From: an uncultured Chloroflexia bacterium
GTDB taxonomy: Bacteria; Chloroflexota; Limnocylindria; Limnocylindrales; CSP1-4
Direction: 5' to 3'
DNA: 64,000 nt
Assembly: GCA_963763775.1 (NCBI GenBank)
Contig: CAVXPZ010000001.1
Location: forward strand, 64,001 to 128,000
This document shows, piece after piece, positions 29,627-40,581 of the stretch; within the stretch, counting starts at the first letter, position 1, and each line of letters begins with the position of its first letter. The notes beneath the pieces are model-generated. The model did not search any database. It was not told where the DNA came from and saw nothing but the letters and a program-made list of their open reading frames with translations. Made by a program: the position numbers and the translations under genes.

Positions 29627-32407
29627 ATGGCCACCGCCACGCCCACCAGCGACCGTCCGCATCGCGCCGCGAAGCGGTACATCTACGCCTGGGGGGACGG
29701 CCGCGCGGAAGGCAACGCCGGGATGCGCGACCTCCTCGGCGGCAAGGGCGCCGGCCTGGCCGAGATGACCATCGCGGGCCTCCCGACGCCCCCGGGCTTC
29801 ACGATCACGACCGAAGCCTGCAACGACTATTTCTCGGCCGGTGAGCAGCTGCCGGACGGGCTGTGGGACGACGTGCTCGACGCGGTCAGGGAGGTCGAGC
29901 GGAGCACCGGCAAGGGCTTCGGCGATCCCGCGAACCCGTTGCTCGTGAGCGTCCGCTCAGGGGCGAAGTTCTCGATGCCCGGCATGATGGACACGGTCCT
30001 CAACCTGGGGCTCAACGAGCGGACGCTCCACGGCCTGATCGAGCTCACCGGCAACGAGCGGTTCGGCTGGGATGCCTATCGACGGTTCATCCAGATGTTC
30101 GGCCGCATCGTCATGGGCGTCGACGGCGAGCGGTTCGACCATGCGCTCGAGGCGGCGAAGACGGCGCACGGCGCCAAGCAGGACACCGATCTCGACGGCG
30201 CGGCCCTGCGCGACCTCGTCGGCGAGTTCAAGGCCGTCGTCAAGGCCGACACGGGCCGGGACTTCCCCGAGGACCCGGACGAGCAGCTCGACCTCGCGAT
30301 CAAGGCCGTGTTCGCCTCGTGGTTCGGGAAGCGGGCGGCGGACTACCGCAAGAACCAGGGCATCGCCAACGACCTCGGCACGGCCGTCAACGTCGTCACG
30401 ATGGTGTTCGGGAACATGGGCGACGACTCCGGGACGGGCGTGGCGTTCACCCGCGACCCGAACACCGGGGAGAAGGTGCTCTTCGGCGAGTACCTGACCA
30501 ACGCCCAGGGCGAGGACGTCGTCGCGGGGATCCGGACGGCGCCGAAGATCGCCCAGATGGAGACCGACATGCCGTCGGTCTACGCGGAGTTCCAGCGGAT
30601 CGGCCAGCAGCTCGAGCGCCATTACCGCGACGTCCAGGACCTCGAGTTCACGATCGAGCGCGGCCGGCTCTACATGCTCCAGACCCGCTCCGCGAAGCGG
30701 ACCGCGGCGGCGGCCGTCCGGATCGCGGCCGACATGGTCGACGAGGGCGTCATCACGAAGGAAGAGGCGATCGCGCGGATCGAGCCGGCGCACGTCGACC
30801 AGCTGCTGCGTGACCAGTTCGACCCGGCCGGCCTCAAGGCGGCGGTGCGCATCGCCAAGGGCCTCAACGCGTCGCCCGGGGCGGCCGTCGGGCGGGCGGT
30901 GTTCTCGGCCGACACCGCCGTCGAGTGGGTGGATCGCGGCGAGCAGGTCGTGCTCGTCCGCGTCGAGACCTCGCCCGACGACTTCCACGGCATGGCCGTC
31001 GCCCAGGGCATCCTCACGGCCCGCGGCGGGGCGACCTCGCACGCGGCCGTGGTCGCGCGCCAGATCGGCAAGCCGTGCGTCGCCGGATGCGCGGAGCTGG
31101 TGGTCGACTACGCGACCAAACGGGCGCACAGCACCGAATCGGACGTCGCGTTCGCGGAGGGTGACTGGATCAGCGTCGACGGCGCCACGGGCCAGGTCTT
31201 CCAGGGCGCGCTGCCGACCGTGTCCGCGCGCTTCGAGGACCAGCCGGACCTCCAGAAGGTGCTGGGCTGGGCCGACGAGATCCGCCGGATGGGCGTCTGG
31301 ACGAACGCCGACAAGCCCGAGGAGGCCGCGCAGGCCCGCGGGTACGGTGCCGAGGGGATCGGGCTGTGCCGCACCGAGCACATGTTCCGCGAGGGCGAGC
31401 GCCTCGAGATCGTCCGCGACGCGATCCTCGTCGCGAATGTCGCAACGAGGGCCAAGGCTCGACTCGCCGCCGGCGAGGCACTCGACGCGGACGACACCGC
31501 GGCGGTCGCGCGCTTCGACGGCGCCATGGCCAAGCTCGAAGTCCTCCAGCAGGGCGACTTCGAGGGCATCTTCCGCGCGATGGACGGGCTTCCGGTCGTG
31601 GTGCGCCTCATCGACCCGCCACTGCACGAGTTCCTGCCCAACCTCGAGGAGCAGCTCGTCAAGGTGACCCGTGCCGAGATGTCGGGTGGCGCCTCCGCCG
31701 AGGACAAGGAGCTCCTGGCCACGATCAAGAGCATGCACGAGCAGAACCCGATGCTCGGGCTGCGCGGCTGCCGGCTCGGGCTGATGATCCCGGACTTCGT
31801 CAAGATCCAGACCCGCGCCATCCTCAACGCCCAGATCGCGGTCAAGACCGCGGGCGGCAACCCGATCGCCAAGATCATGATCCCGCTCGTCGGGCACGTG
31901 AACGAGCTGTCGCGGACCCGGGCCCTGCTCGAGGCCGAGGCGAAGGCCGTGGAATCCAAGGCCGGCGTCCACGTCGACTACAAGTTCGGGACGATGATCG
32001 AGGTCCCGCGCGGGGCCCTCACCGCCGACGAGATCGCCCGCGAGGCCGACTTCTTCAGCTTCGGGACGAACGACCTGACGCAGATGACGTTCGGGTATAG
32101 CCGCGACGATGCCGAGGGCGGCTTCCTCCTCAAGTACGTCGAAGAGGGCATCCTGCCGGTCAACCCGTTCCAGACGCTCGACGATGCGGTCGCCGGGCTC
32201 ATGAAGGTCGCGGTCGACAAGGGCCGGGCGACCAAGCCCGGCCTCGAGCTCGGGATCTGCGGCGAGCATGGCGGCGACCCGGCCTCGATCGCGAAGTGCG
32301 AGGCGATCGGTCTCGACTACGTCTCGTGTTCGCCGTTCCGCGTCCCTGTGGCCCGGCTGGCGGCGGCGCAGGCGGCGCTGACGAGCGCCGCGGAACGGGA
32401 CAAGTAG
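29627..32407 (+). CDS. ppdK: Pyruvate, phosphate dikinase
   Basis: LLGGKGA, SMPGMMDTVLNLGL, GGATSHAAVVAR, CRTEHMF, SFGTNDLTQ, GICGEHGGDP; TACAAT and GGAGG upstream. Confidence 0.98.
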   Translation: MATATPTSDRPHRAAKRYIYAWGDGRAEGNAGMRDLLGGKGAGLAEMTIAGLPTPPGFTITTEACNDYFSAGEQLPDGLWDDVLDAVREVERSTGKGFGDPANPLLVSVRSGAKFSMPGMMDTVLNLGLNERTLHGLIELTGNERFGWDAYRRFIQMFGRIVMGVDGERFDHALEAAKTAHGAKQDTDLDGAALRDLVGEFKAVVKADTGRDFPEDPDEQLDLAIKAVFASWFGKRAADYRKNQGIANDLGTAVNVVTMVFGNMGDDSGTGVAFTRDPNTGEKVLFGEYLTNAQGEDVVAGIRTAPKIAQMETDMPSVYAEFQRIGQQLERHYRDVQDLEFTIERGRLYMLQTRSAKRTAAAAVRIAADMVDEGVITKEEAIARIEPAHVDQLLRDQFDPAGLKAAVRIAKGLNASPGAAVGRAVFSADTAVEWVDRGEQVVLVRVETSPDDFHGMAVAQGILTARGGATSHAAVVARQIGKPCVAGCAELVVDYATKRAHSTESDVAFAEGDWISVDGATGQVFQGALPTVSARFEDQPDLQKVLGWADEIRRMGVWTNADKPEEAAQARGYGAEGIGLCRTEHMFREGERLEIVRDAILVANVATRAKARLAAGEALDADDTAAVARFDGAMAKLEVLQQGDFEGIFRAMDGLPVVVRLIDPPLHEFLPNLEEQLVKVTRAEMSGGASAEDKELLATIKSMHEQNPMLGLRGCRLGLMIPDFVKIQTRAILNAQIAVKTAGGNPIAKIMIPLVGHVNELSRTRALLEAEAKAVESKAGVHVDYKFGTMIEVPRGALTADEIAREADFFSFGTNDLTQMTFGYSRDDAEGGFLLKYVEEGILPVNPFQTLDDAVAGLMKVAVDKGRATKPGLELGICGEHGGDPASIAKCEAIGLDYVSCSPFRVPVARLAAAQAALTSAAERDK

Positions 32408-32423
32408 CCGCCACGACACCCGC

Positions 32424-33692
32424 ATGAGCGGCCGGTTCCGCCGGCTGTTCGTCGACACTGCGCCGCTCCGGCGCGATCGCGACTATCGGTGGTTGTGGTC
32501 GGGCCAGGTCGTCTCGGGCATCGGCAACCAGATCACGCGCATCGCCCTGCCGTACCAGGTCTACGTCCTGACGGGTTCGACCCTCGCGATCGCGGCGCTG
32601 ACCCTTGTCCAGCTCATCCCGATCCTCATCTTCGCGCTCGGCGCCGGCTCGCTGGCCGACGCCGTCGACCGCCGCCGGCTGCTGATCCTCACCCAGCTCG
32701 GCCTGGCGGCGTGCAGCGGGGTCCTGGTCGTGCTGGCGGGATCCGCCGACGTCTCGTTGCTCGCGCTGTTCGCGGTCGCGTTCGTGGCGGCCGGTCTGGC
32801 CTCGGTCGACCAGCCGGCCCGTTCGTCGTCGATCCCGAGGCTCGTGCCGCTCGAGCGGCTGCCGTCGGCGATCGCCCTCAACCAGCTGAACTTCCAGATG
32901 GCCTCGATCGTGGGACCGGCGGTCGGCGGCCTGCTCATCGCCACCGTCGGCCTGCAGGGCGCCTACATGTTCGACCTGCTCTCGTTCGGGGCCTCCCTGA
33001 CCGCGCTGGCGGTCATCGCCCCGATCCCGCCGCTCGGGGACGCCGTCCGGCCGGGGCTCGCCGCGATCCGGGAGGGCCTGCGGTTCACCCGTCAGCGCCG
33101 CGCGATCCTCGGGTCGTTCGTCATCGACCTCAACGCGATGATCTTCGGGATGCCGACGTCCCTGTTCCCGGTCCTCGCCCTCGACGTGTACGGGACCGGA
33201 CCCGCCGGGTTCGGGCTGATGGCGGCCGCCCCGGCCTTCGGGGCGTTCCTCGGGGCACTGCTGTCCGGGTGGGTGACCCGCGTGCACCGCACGGGTCGGG
33301 CCATCGTCTGGTCGGTCGTCGCGTGGGGTGTGGCGATCGCCGGGTTCGGCCTGGCGACCTTCTCCTTCCCCCTCGCCCTCGTCATGCTCGCGGCCGCCGG
33401 CGCGGCGGACGTCCTGTCCGCCGTCTTCCGCTCGATCCTCGTCCAGTCCGAGACCCCCGACGCGCTCCGGGGCCGCGTGACCTCGATCCACATCCTCGTC
33501 GTCACGAGCGGTCCGCGCCTCGGGGACATCGAGGCCGCCCTCGTCGCGTCGCTCGTCGGGCCCCAGGCCGCGGTCGTGTCAGGCGGTGTGTTGTGCGTCC
33601 TGGGCGTGGGCGCCGTCGCCCGAGCCTTCCCGGAGCTCGCCGGGCACGTCCTGCGCACGACCTCGATCGACGGGGACCTTGCCCCGGCATAG
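32424..33692 (+). CDS. MFS transporter (EntS/DUF894-like)
   Basis: Multiple TM segments, GSLADAVDRRRLL motif A, TPDALRGRV. Confidence 0.9.
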   Translation: MSGRFRRLFVDTAPLRRDRDYRWLWSGQVVSGIGNQITRIALPYQVYVLTGSTLAIAALTLVQLIPILIFALGAGSLADAVDRRRLLILTQLGLAACSGVLVVLAGSADVSLLALFAVAFVAAGLASVDQPARSSSIPRLVPLERLPSAIALNQLNFQMASIVGPAVGGLLIATVGLQGAYMFDLLSFGASLTALAVIAPIPPLGDAVRPGLAAIREGLRFTRQRRAILGSFVIDLNAMIFGMPTSLFPVLALDVYGTGPAGFGLMAAAPAFGAFLGALLSGWVTRVHRTGRAIVWSVVAWGVAIAGFGLATFSFPLALVMLAAAGAADVLSAVFRSILVQSETPDALRGRVTSIHILVVTSGPRLGDIEAALVASLVGPQAAVVSGGVLCVLGVGAVARAFPELAGHVLRTTSIDGDLAPA

Positions 33693-33754
33693 TCGTGGTG
33701 CGGACTGGCGACGTTTTGTCGAGGAGGGTGTCGTCCGGTGGCACAATGTGCGGC

Positions 33755-34447
33755 ATGCTGGAGAACGTGAACGACTTCATCCAGACGACGGTCGGGAACA
33801 TGCCGGTCGCGGTGCTGACGATCGCGCTGCTCGCGACGCCCACGATCCTGTACTTCATCTACCGGTTCTCGGTCGGGAGCGCGTCGCACGGCCGGTCGCG
33901 GACGAGCGCGACGCCCTTCGCCCAGTGGGTCTGCCCGAGCTGCCACTCGGTGAACGAACTGTCCGCCCGTCGCTGTTACAGCTGCGCCTACGACGTCGGG
34001 GAGTTCGACGACGTGTTGGTCATCGACCCGGTGACCGCCAAGCCGATCTCCCTTCCCGACCAGCCGGCCGCGATGCCGGTCGGCCAGCCGGGCGTCGCCG
34101 TCGGTCCGGGCGCGCCCGTCCCCTCGATGGCGTCCGCCGCGCCGACCGTGGCCGCCACGCCGGTCGTGCCGGCCACGCTGCCGACCACCATCCCGGGTGC
34201 CCCGGGCAGTCCCGGCGTCCCGGTCGGACCCGGTCGGCCCGTCGGGGTGCCCGCCACACGGACGCCCGCGACGTCGAGCATCGGCGCAGCCGTCGGCGCC
34301 CGCCGCCCGTTCGACCCTCCGACGGGTTCCCAGCCGCCGCTCCGACGCCGCGGACCGCGCGACCGGACCCGAGGGCAGCTAGGGCCATCGCGGTCGCCTG
34401 GACCGTTCCGGTTCCGGCCGTCACCGCTTCCGGCGTGGCACGGTTGA
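33755..34447 (+). CDS. Membrane-anchored protein with RanBP2/NZF-type zinc finger and Pro/Ala-rich tail
   Basis: TM VAVLTIALLATPTILYFIY, then WVCPSCHSVNELSARRCYSC; CACAAT 7 nt upstream. Confidence 0.7.
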   Translation: MLENVNDFIQTTVGNMPVAVLTIALLATPTILYFIYRFSVGSASHGRSRTSATPFAQWVCPSCHSVNELSARRCYSCAYDVGEFDDVLVIDPVTAKPISLPDQPAAMPVGQPGVAVGPGAPVPSMASAAPTVAATPVVPATLPTTIPGAPGSPGVPVGPGRPVGVPATRTPATSSIGAAVGARRPFDPPTGSQPPLRRRGPRDRTRGQLGPSRSPGPFRFRPSPLPAWHG

Positions 34448-34518
34448 CCCGATCGGGCGGATGCCCGATGGTACGGAAGTACTGACCCGTCCTCCGGCTA
34501 TCCCTCCGGGAACCCGAC

Positions 34519-37500
34519 TTGACCCTCCTCCGCCGACACCTCAGCGTCTTCGCGTCCCTCGCGCTTCTCACGCTCGCGCTTCCGATGGCGGCCCAGCCCG
34601 TCGCGGCCGAGTCCAGCGCGTCCGTGCCGCCGGGCTTCAGCGACGACGTCGTCTGGTCCGGTCTCACCCAGCCCACCGTCGTGGCGTTCGCGCCGACCGG
34701 CCGGATCTTCGTGGCGCAGAAGAACGGCAAGATCCGCGCCTACAGCAGCCTGACCGACACGACTGGGACGCAGATCGCCGACCTCTCGAGCGAGGTCTAC
34801 AACTACTGGGACCGCGGTCTCCTCGGCCTGGCGGTCGATCCGAACTTCGGGCCGTCGCGGCCGTACCTCTACGTCGCCTACACCTATGACCGGATGCTCG
34901 GCGACTCGACGGCGCCGCTGTGGAACGACGCGCTGTCCGACGCCGCCCGACCCCACGACCGGCGGCTGCACCGCGTCCGCCCGCCTCTCCCGACTCGACC
35001 GTCAGCAGCGGCGGGACCGGGAACTCGGTCACCGAGACGCACGACCTGATCCGGGACTGGTGCTCGCAGTTCCCCAGCCACACGATCGGCACCGTGACGT
35101 TCGGGCCGGAAGGGGCGTTGTACGTCTCCGGCGGCGACGCGGCGAGTTTCACGCAGGTGGATTACGGGCAGCTCGGCGTCGCGCCGCGCACGCGAATCGA
35201 CCCGCCGAACGAGGGCGGGGCCCTGCGCTCGCAGGACGTCCGAACGACCGGCGACCCGACGGGTCTCGACGGGACCATCATCCGGATCGACCCCGACACC
35301 GGCGACGCGTGGCCCACGAACGCGAACGCGGGCAACGGGGATGCGAACAAGGCGCAGGATCATCGCCTACGGCCTCCGCAACCCGTTCCGGCTCACGACC
35401 CGAGCCGACGGCAACGTGTGGATCGGCGACGTCGGATACAGCACCTGGGAGGAGATCGACAAGATCTCCGACCCGGACGCGACGCCACGCAACTTCGGCT
35501 GGCCGTGCTACGAGGGCAACAGCACCCAGCCCGACTACGCGGCGTTCTCGCCTGCCGCTCTGCACGAGCCTGTCGAGCCAGGCCGGCCCCGAGTACACGT
35601 ACAACCACTCCGCCAACGTCGTGAGCGGCGACGGGTGCACCCCACGGCAGCTCGTCGATCGCCGGTATGGCGTTCCGCGGCACGAACGGCTCCTACCCGA
35701 ACAGCATACGACAACGGTCTGTTCTTCACGGACTACGCGCGGAGCTGCATCTGGTTCGTGCCCGATGGCGGTGGCGAGAACCCCGACTTCGGGTCGCGCT
35801 AGCTGTTCGCGAACCTGCGCCGCGACGGCGACACGCGGGCGGCTCCGTGTACGTCGGCGTGACGCCCGGCGGCAACGTCATCTACGCGGATCTCGACCGG
35901 GCGAGGTCCGGATCGATCACGTACGACGCGCACCAACCCGCCGAATCGCGTACTTCAGGCGACCTCGCCGACATCCGGCCAGCCGCCGCTCCAGGTCGAC
36001 GTTCGACGCCAGCGACTCGACGACCCCGACGACGCACGCTCACCTACTGCCTGGGACCTTAACGGCGACGGACCAGTACGGCGACGCTACGACGCGCAAG
36101 CCGACCAAGACGTATAGCTCCAAGGGCACCTACAACGTGGGGCTCAAGGTCACCGAACGAGCGGCCTAGCGGACACGGTCCACCACGTCGTCTCGGTCGG
36201 CCTGACCGCGCCGGTCGCCTCATCGACACGCCGGCGAAGTCCCTCGCGATGGGCGGTCGGCGATGACATCGGGTTCTCCGGGCATGCGACGGACGCCCAG
36301 GACGGCGACCTGCCCGATTCGGCATTCACGTGGACGCTGAGATCGAGCATTGCCCGTCGGGCTGCCACGAGCACACCGTGCAGACCTGGACGGACATCTC
36401 GTCTGGGGACTTCTTCGCGCCGAACCACGACTACCCGTCCCACGTCCGCCTGATCCTCAAGGTGACCGATAGCGACGGCCAGTCGGACACGGACTCGGTC
36501 GACTCTATACCCGCGGACAGGCACCGTCGACGCCGTTTCCGATCCCTCGCGGGATTCCCGTGACGGTCGGGAGCAAAGGGATCGGCATCGTCGGTGGCAC
36601 CTCGAAGTGGCTCGGCGCCCGCCTCCGTCGTGCTTGGCGAGGAGACTTGCGACTTCGACAGCTGGTCCGACGGCGGCGGCCGCGCGTCACGCGGTCACGA
36701 TCGCGACCGGCTCGACCCACCTGACGGCTTCCTACGCGGTCGATTCGTCCGCGGACGCTCGAATACCTGCAGTGGCACCACGACACACGCCCGAGCAGCA
36801 TCTGGCAGCCAGGCCGTCTCCCTCGGGGACCGACGTGGACTGGTACGGTTCACCAACAGCTCGACCCGCACCGTGCAGATCAATGCTCGGCGATCTCCCG
36901 GGTCGGCCAGCCTGAAGCTGTACCGGGCTGCTCGACCTCCTCGCCACCTCGGACAACCGGGCACGCATCCCGAGGAGATCATCAAGGTGCCTGCCGCAGG
37001 GCACCTACGCCGTCAAGGTCACGTCGAAGGGCAGCTCGAGCAACGACCCGTACTACCTCCACATCCGGCGGCTCGGCTCGGGGATGATCGTCGATCTCCG
37101 CCAGGCCTACGACGACGACGGCGCCGGCACGCTCCGCCTGGTCGGCGAGCTCTGGAACGGCTACGGATCGACCCGCGGGCCGATCACGGTGACGGCGAAG
37201 CTCTACGACAGCGACGGCCACCTGCTCGCGACCCGGGCACGCCCCGACGCTCCTGTACGCGACCAGCCCACCCGGACGCCGTTCTCGATCGGCGGCTCGC
37301 TGCCGGATGGGTTCGCCTCCGTGAAGTACACGTCCAGCGCCCCGGCTCCGGGCAGTTCGCGGCGCGGACGTCTCCGTCCACGCGACCGGCTTCAACGAGG
37401 TGTACAGCCAATGGCAGGCCCGCGGCCAGCTCAAGGCCACCAGCGGGCCGTGACCGACCTCAAGATGATGCTGACACTGTACGACACGCACGGCAACGTC

Positions 37501-37637
37501 GTCGACGTCGTGCGCGGGTCCGATCCCGTCGATGACGCTCGCTGAAGAACCGCACCACGAGCTATCTGGCCTGGTCCACCATCACCGACCTCGGTATCGA
37601 CCGCACGCGGATCCGCGCGTTCGGCTTCAAGCCCTGA
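34519..37637 (+). pseudogene. Large secreted PQQ-dependent sugar dehydrogenase (GSDH beta-propeller) with PKD and FxLYD-like domains, broken by many frameshifts
   Basis: Signal peptide; DRGLLGLAVDPNF, YGLRNPFR, WEEID, NFGWPCYEG; PKD-like TYSSKGTYNVGLKVT; LVGELWN..VTAKLYD; pieces lie in alternating frames. Confidence 0.75.
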
Positions 37638-38983
37638 CCCCGGCCGGCACCTCGATCCGGAATGTGGTCCCGTCCGGGCCGGTCCGCTCGACGTCGATGC
37701 GGCCGCCGTTCGCCGTCAGGAGCTCACGGGCGATGGTCAACCCGATCCCGCTTCCGCTCGGTCGCCCGGACGACGGATCGACCGAGCGTGCCGGATCCGC
37801 ACGGTAGAACCGCTCGAACACGTGCGGGACATCCGCCGCCGCGATCCCTGCACCCTGGTCGGTCACGTGGACGATGGCGACGCCTCCGCTGGCTCCGCGG
37901 CTGAGCGAGGCGACCACGGCGACGTGACCGCCCGGCGGGCTGTGCGAGATCGCGTTGCCGATGACATTGCGGAGCACCCGGGTGAGGTGGCCAGGGTCCA
38001 CGTGGACCACCAGCCCGTCCGGCGACGCTCGTCTCCAGCGCGACGCCACGGTCGCGCCGTAGCCCGTCGAGCGCGGACTCGACGTCGCGGACCACGGCCC
38101 CAAGGTCCAGGTCGACGGGCGACGCCTGGAGCGGCGCGGCCTCGGCACTCGAGAGATCGCTCATCTGCGCCACGACACTGCCGAGTGCGGACGCGGCCGA
38201 GCGGGCCGCCTCCAGCCCTTCGCGGTCGGCGGGCACGACGCCGTCGACCATCGCCTGGAGTTGCGAGACGAGGACGGTCGCCGGGGTGGCGAGATCGTGG
38301 GCGATGTCGCTCGCGGCGCGGCGCCGGAGCATCTCCGATCGCTCGAGCCGGTCGGCCATCGCGTTGAACGCTTCCGCGAGCTCGGCCGACTCCTGGTCGT
38401 CACCGCCGGTGGCGCGGGCCGCCGCCTCACCGGCCTCGAGCCGTCGCGCGGCGTCGGCGACGTCGCGCAGCGGACGCGTGAGGCGGTTCGCGACATAGAC
38501 CGACGCGAGGGCGATGCCGATCACGCTCAGGATCCCGCCGACCACCAGCGTGCCATTGAAGAGGGGGAGGAACCCGCGGTCACCGACGCCGACCGGGAGA
38601 TCCGCGCGGACGGTCCCGGCCGGCTGACCGTCGACGTCGATGGACGCGGTATAGGTGGCGGCCACCCCGTCCGGCGCCGTGCCGAACGCCGAGATCACGG
38701 TTCCGTCGGGCGAGAGCACGGTGACGACCCCGCCGAGGTCGGTCGCGAGCCGCCGGACGAGGGCCTGGACGCGGACCGGGCGATCGAGGCGGTCCGAGAG
38801 CGTGATGGCCGCGTCGTCGACGCGCTGTTGCTGCTGCCCCGCGAGCACCGTCTGGAAGCCGCCGCTCACCACGCGGTTGACCAGGAGTCCGACGATGAGG
38901 AGGACCGCGAGGACCACGGCGCCGAAGATCAGTCCGAGGCGCCACGCGAGCGGCGGCCGTCGGGCTCGCCGGTCCTCGCTCAT
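37627..38983 (-). CDS. HAMP sensor histidine kinase (BaeS-like); frameshift near 38020
   Basis: Two TMs, HAMP, DIAHDLATP, NVIGNA, DQGAGI, FYRAD..GSGIGL. Confidence 0.88.
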
Positions 38984-39713
38984 CCCGGATCCCGGACCGC
39001 GACCAGTCGATATCCCACCTGGGGGATGGTCTCGATCAGCCACGGGACCGCCGGGTCGTCGTGGAGCTTGCGGCGCAGGTTCGCGACATGGACGTCCACC
39101 ACCCGATCGTAGACGTCATCGGGGCGCCGGGTGACGGCATCCAGGAGCTGTTCGCGCGACAGGACGGCCCCGGGCCGGCGCGCGAGCGCGATCAGCAGGC
39201 CCGCCTCGCCCGGCGTGAGGCGGCCGGCCGCGTCGCCGTCACCGTTCCCGGGCGACAGGTCGAACCGTCGGCTGACGGGATCCAGGCGCAGTCGGCCGTC
39301 GGCGAAGGACAGGATCTCCCCGTCGGGCTCGGCGGACCGCGGTGCGCTGCGCCGGAGGATGGCCGCGACCCGGGCCGTGAGCTCCTGCGGATTGAACGGC
39401 TTCGCCAGGTAGTCGTCGGCGCCCATCCGCAGCCCGCTGATCCGCTCGGCGTCGCTGCGCTTCGCGGACGCGATGAGGACCGGCGTGTCGCCACGGCTCC
39501 GGATCGCGTCAAGCACGGCCTCGCCGCTGAGGCCCGGCAGCATGAGGTCGAGGACGACGAGGTCGGTCCCGACTCGAAATCGACGACCTCGATCGCGGCA
39601 CGCCCGTCGCGGACGACCGTGACGCGGTGGCCGTCGCGCTCGAGATAGAGCCGCAGCAGCTCGCCGAGGCGTGGTTCATCCTCGACCACCAGGATGCGCG
39701 CGCGAGCCGCCAT
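38980..39713 (-). CDS. OmpR-family response regulator; frameshift near 39570
   Basis: ILVVEDE, MLPG, GADDYLAKPF, VDVHVANLRRK, GYR. Confidence 0.88.
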
Positions 39714-39850
39714 GCGTCGCATGCTAGCGGCCGGCGTGTTCAGAGGTCGTGAAGACGCGCGGGCGGCTCCACACACGTTCTTGACCCCGGTCCGCGAGCG
39801 TGCCGTCCATCGCGACCCTCCCGGTCGCTCCCGATCGAGGTCTGACGAAC

Positions 39851-40510
39851 ATGTCCCGGTACCGGCTCCTCGGGTTCTCCGGAGCCCTGGTCCTCGCCGC
39901 CGTCGTCGGTGGCACCGTGATCAGTGCCGTGTCGGCGGCACCCGACGGTCGCGCCGCCGCTCCCGGCGGCCCGCTCGCGGCGACCGCCCCACCGGCGAGC
40001 GTCGAGACGGCATGCGCCACGTTCCGCGCCGCGCTGGCGAAGGCCCTCGGCGTCTCGGAAGATGCGCTCGCGGCTGCCACGCAGCAGGCGCTCGGCGCCA
40101 CGGTCGACCAGGCCGTCAGCGACGGGAAGCTCACCGCGGCCGCCGCCGCGCGGCTCAAGACGCGGATGGCCGCCTCGCCGCCCGACGGCTGCCAACGGCT
40201 CGCGGCCCGACTCGACAAGGCCAGGGGGGCGCTCGGCGTCGTGCGCGACGCGGTGACCGCCGCGGCGGACGCCCTGGGGATGCCGCCGGCCGACCTTCGG
40301 GCCAAGCTGCGCTCGGGCGCGTCACTGGCGTCGATCGCGACCGACAAGGGCGTCGACCTCTCGACCGTGACCGGCGCGGTGCTGACCGCCGTGAAGGGCG
40401 ACCTTGACGCGGCGGTCGCCGCAGGCACGATCCCCCAGGCACGGGCCGACCGGATCATCGCCCGTCTCACCGCGCGCCTCGACGCTGGTTCGATCCTCAA
40501 GGCGCCCTGA
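39851..40510 (+). CDS. Secreted/membrane-anchored Ala-rich helical repeat protein
   Basis: Signal/TM segment; two repeats of the DQAVSDGKLT / DAAVAAGTIP type; divergent from the two-component system. Confidence 0.75.
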   Translation: MSRYRLLGFSGALVLAAVVGGTVISAVSAAPDGRAAAPGGPLAATAPPASVETACATFRAALAKALGVSEDALAAATQQALGATVDQAVSDGKLTAAAAARLKTRMAASPPDGCQRLAARLDKARGALGVVRDAVTAAADALGMPPADLRAKLRSGASLASIATDKGVDLSTVTGAVLTAVKGDLDAAVAAGTIPQARADRIIARLTARLDAGSILKAP

Positions 40511-40581
40511 GGGGCGGCGGTCGGCGGACGGCCCGGAGTGCCGCGACGGCCGCGACGGCCGCCGCGCGGCCCCGGGCGCCG

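Noticed and set aside
40540-40570. Short CCGCGACGG tandem repeat
   Set aside because: Two copies in GC-rich DNA; not a CRISPR array or meaningful VNTR
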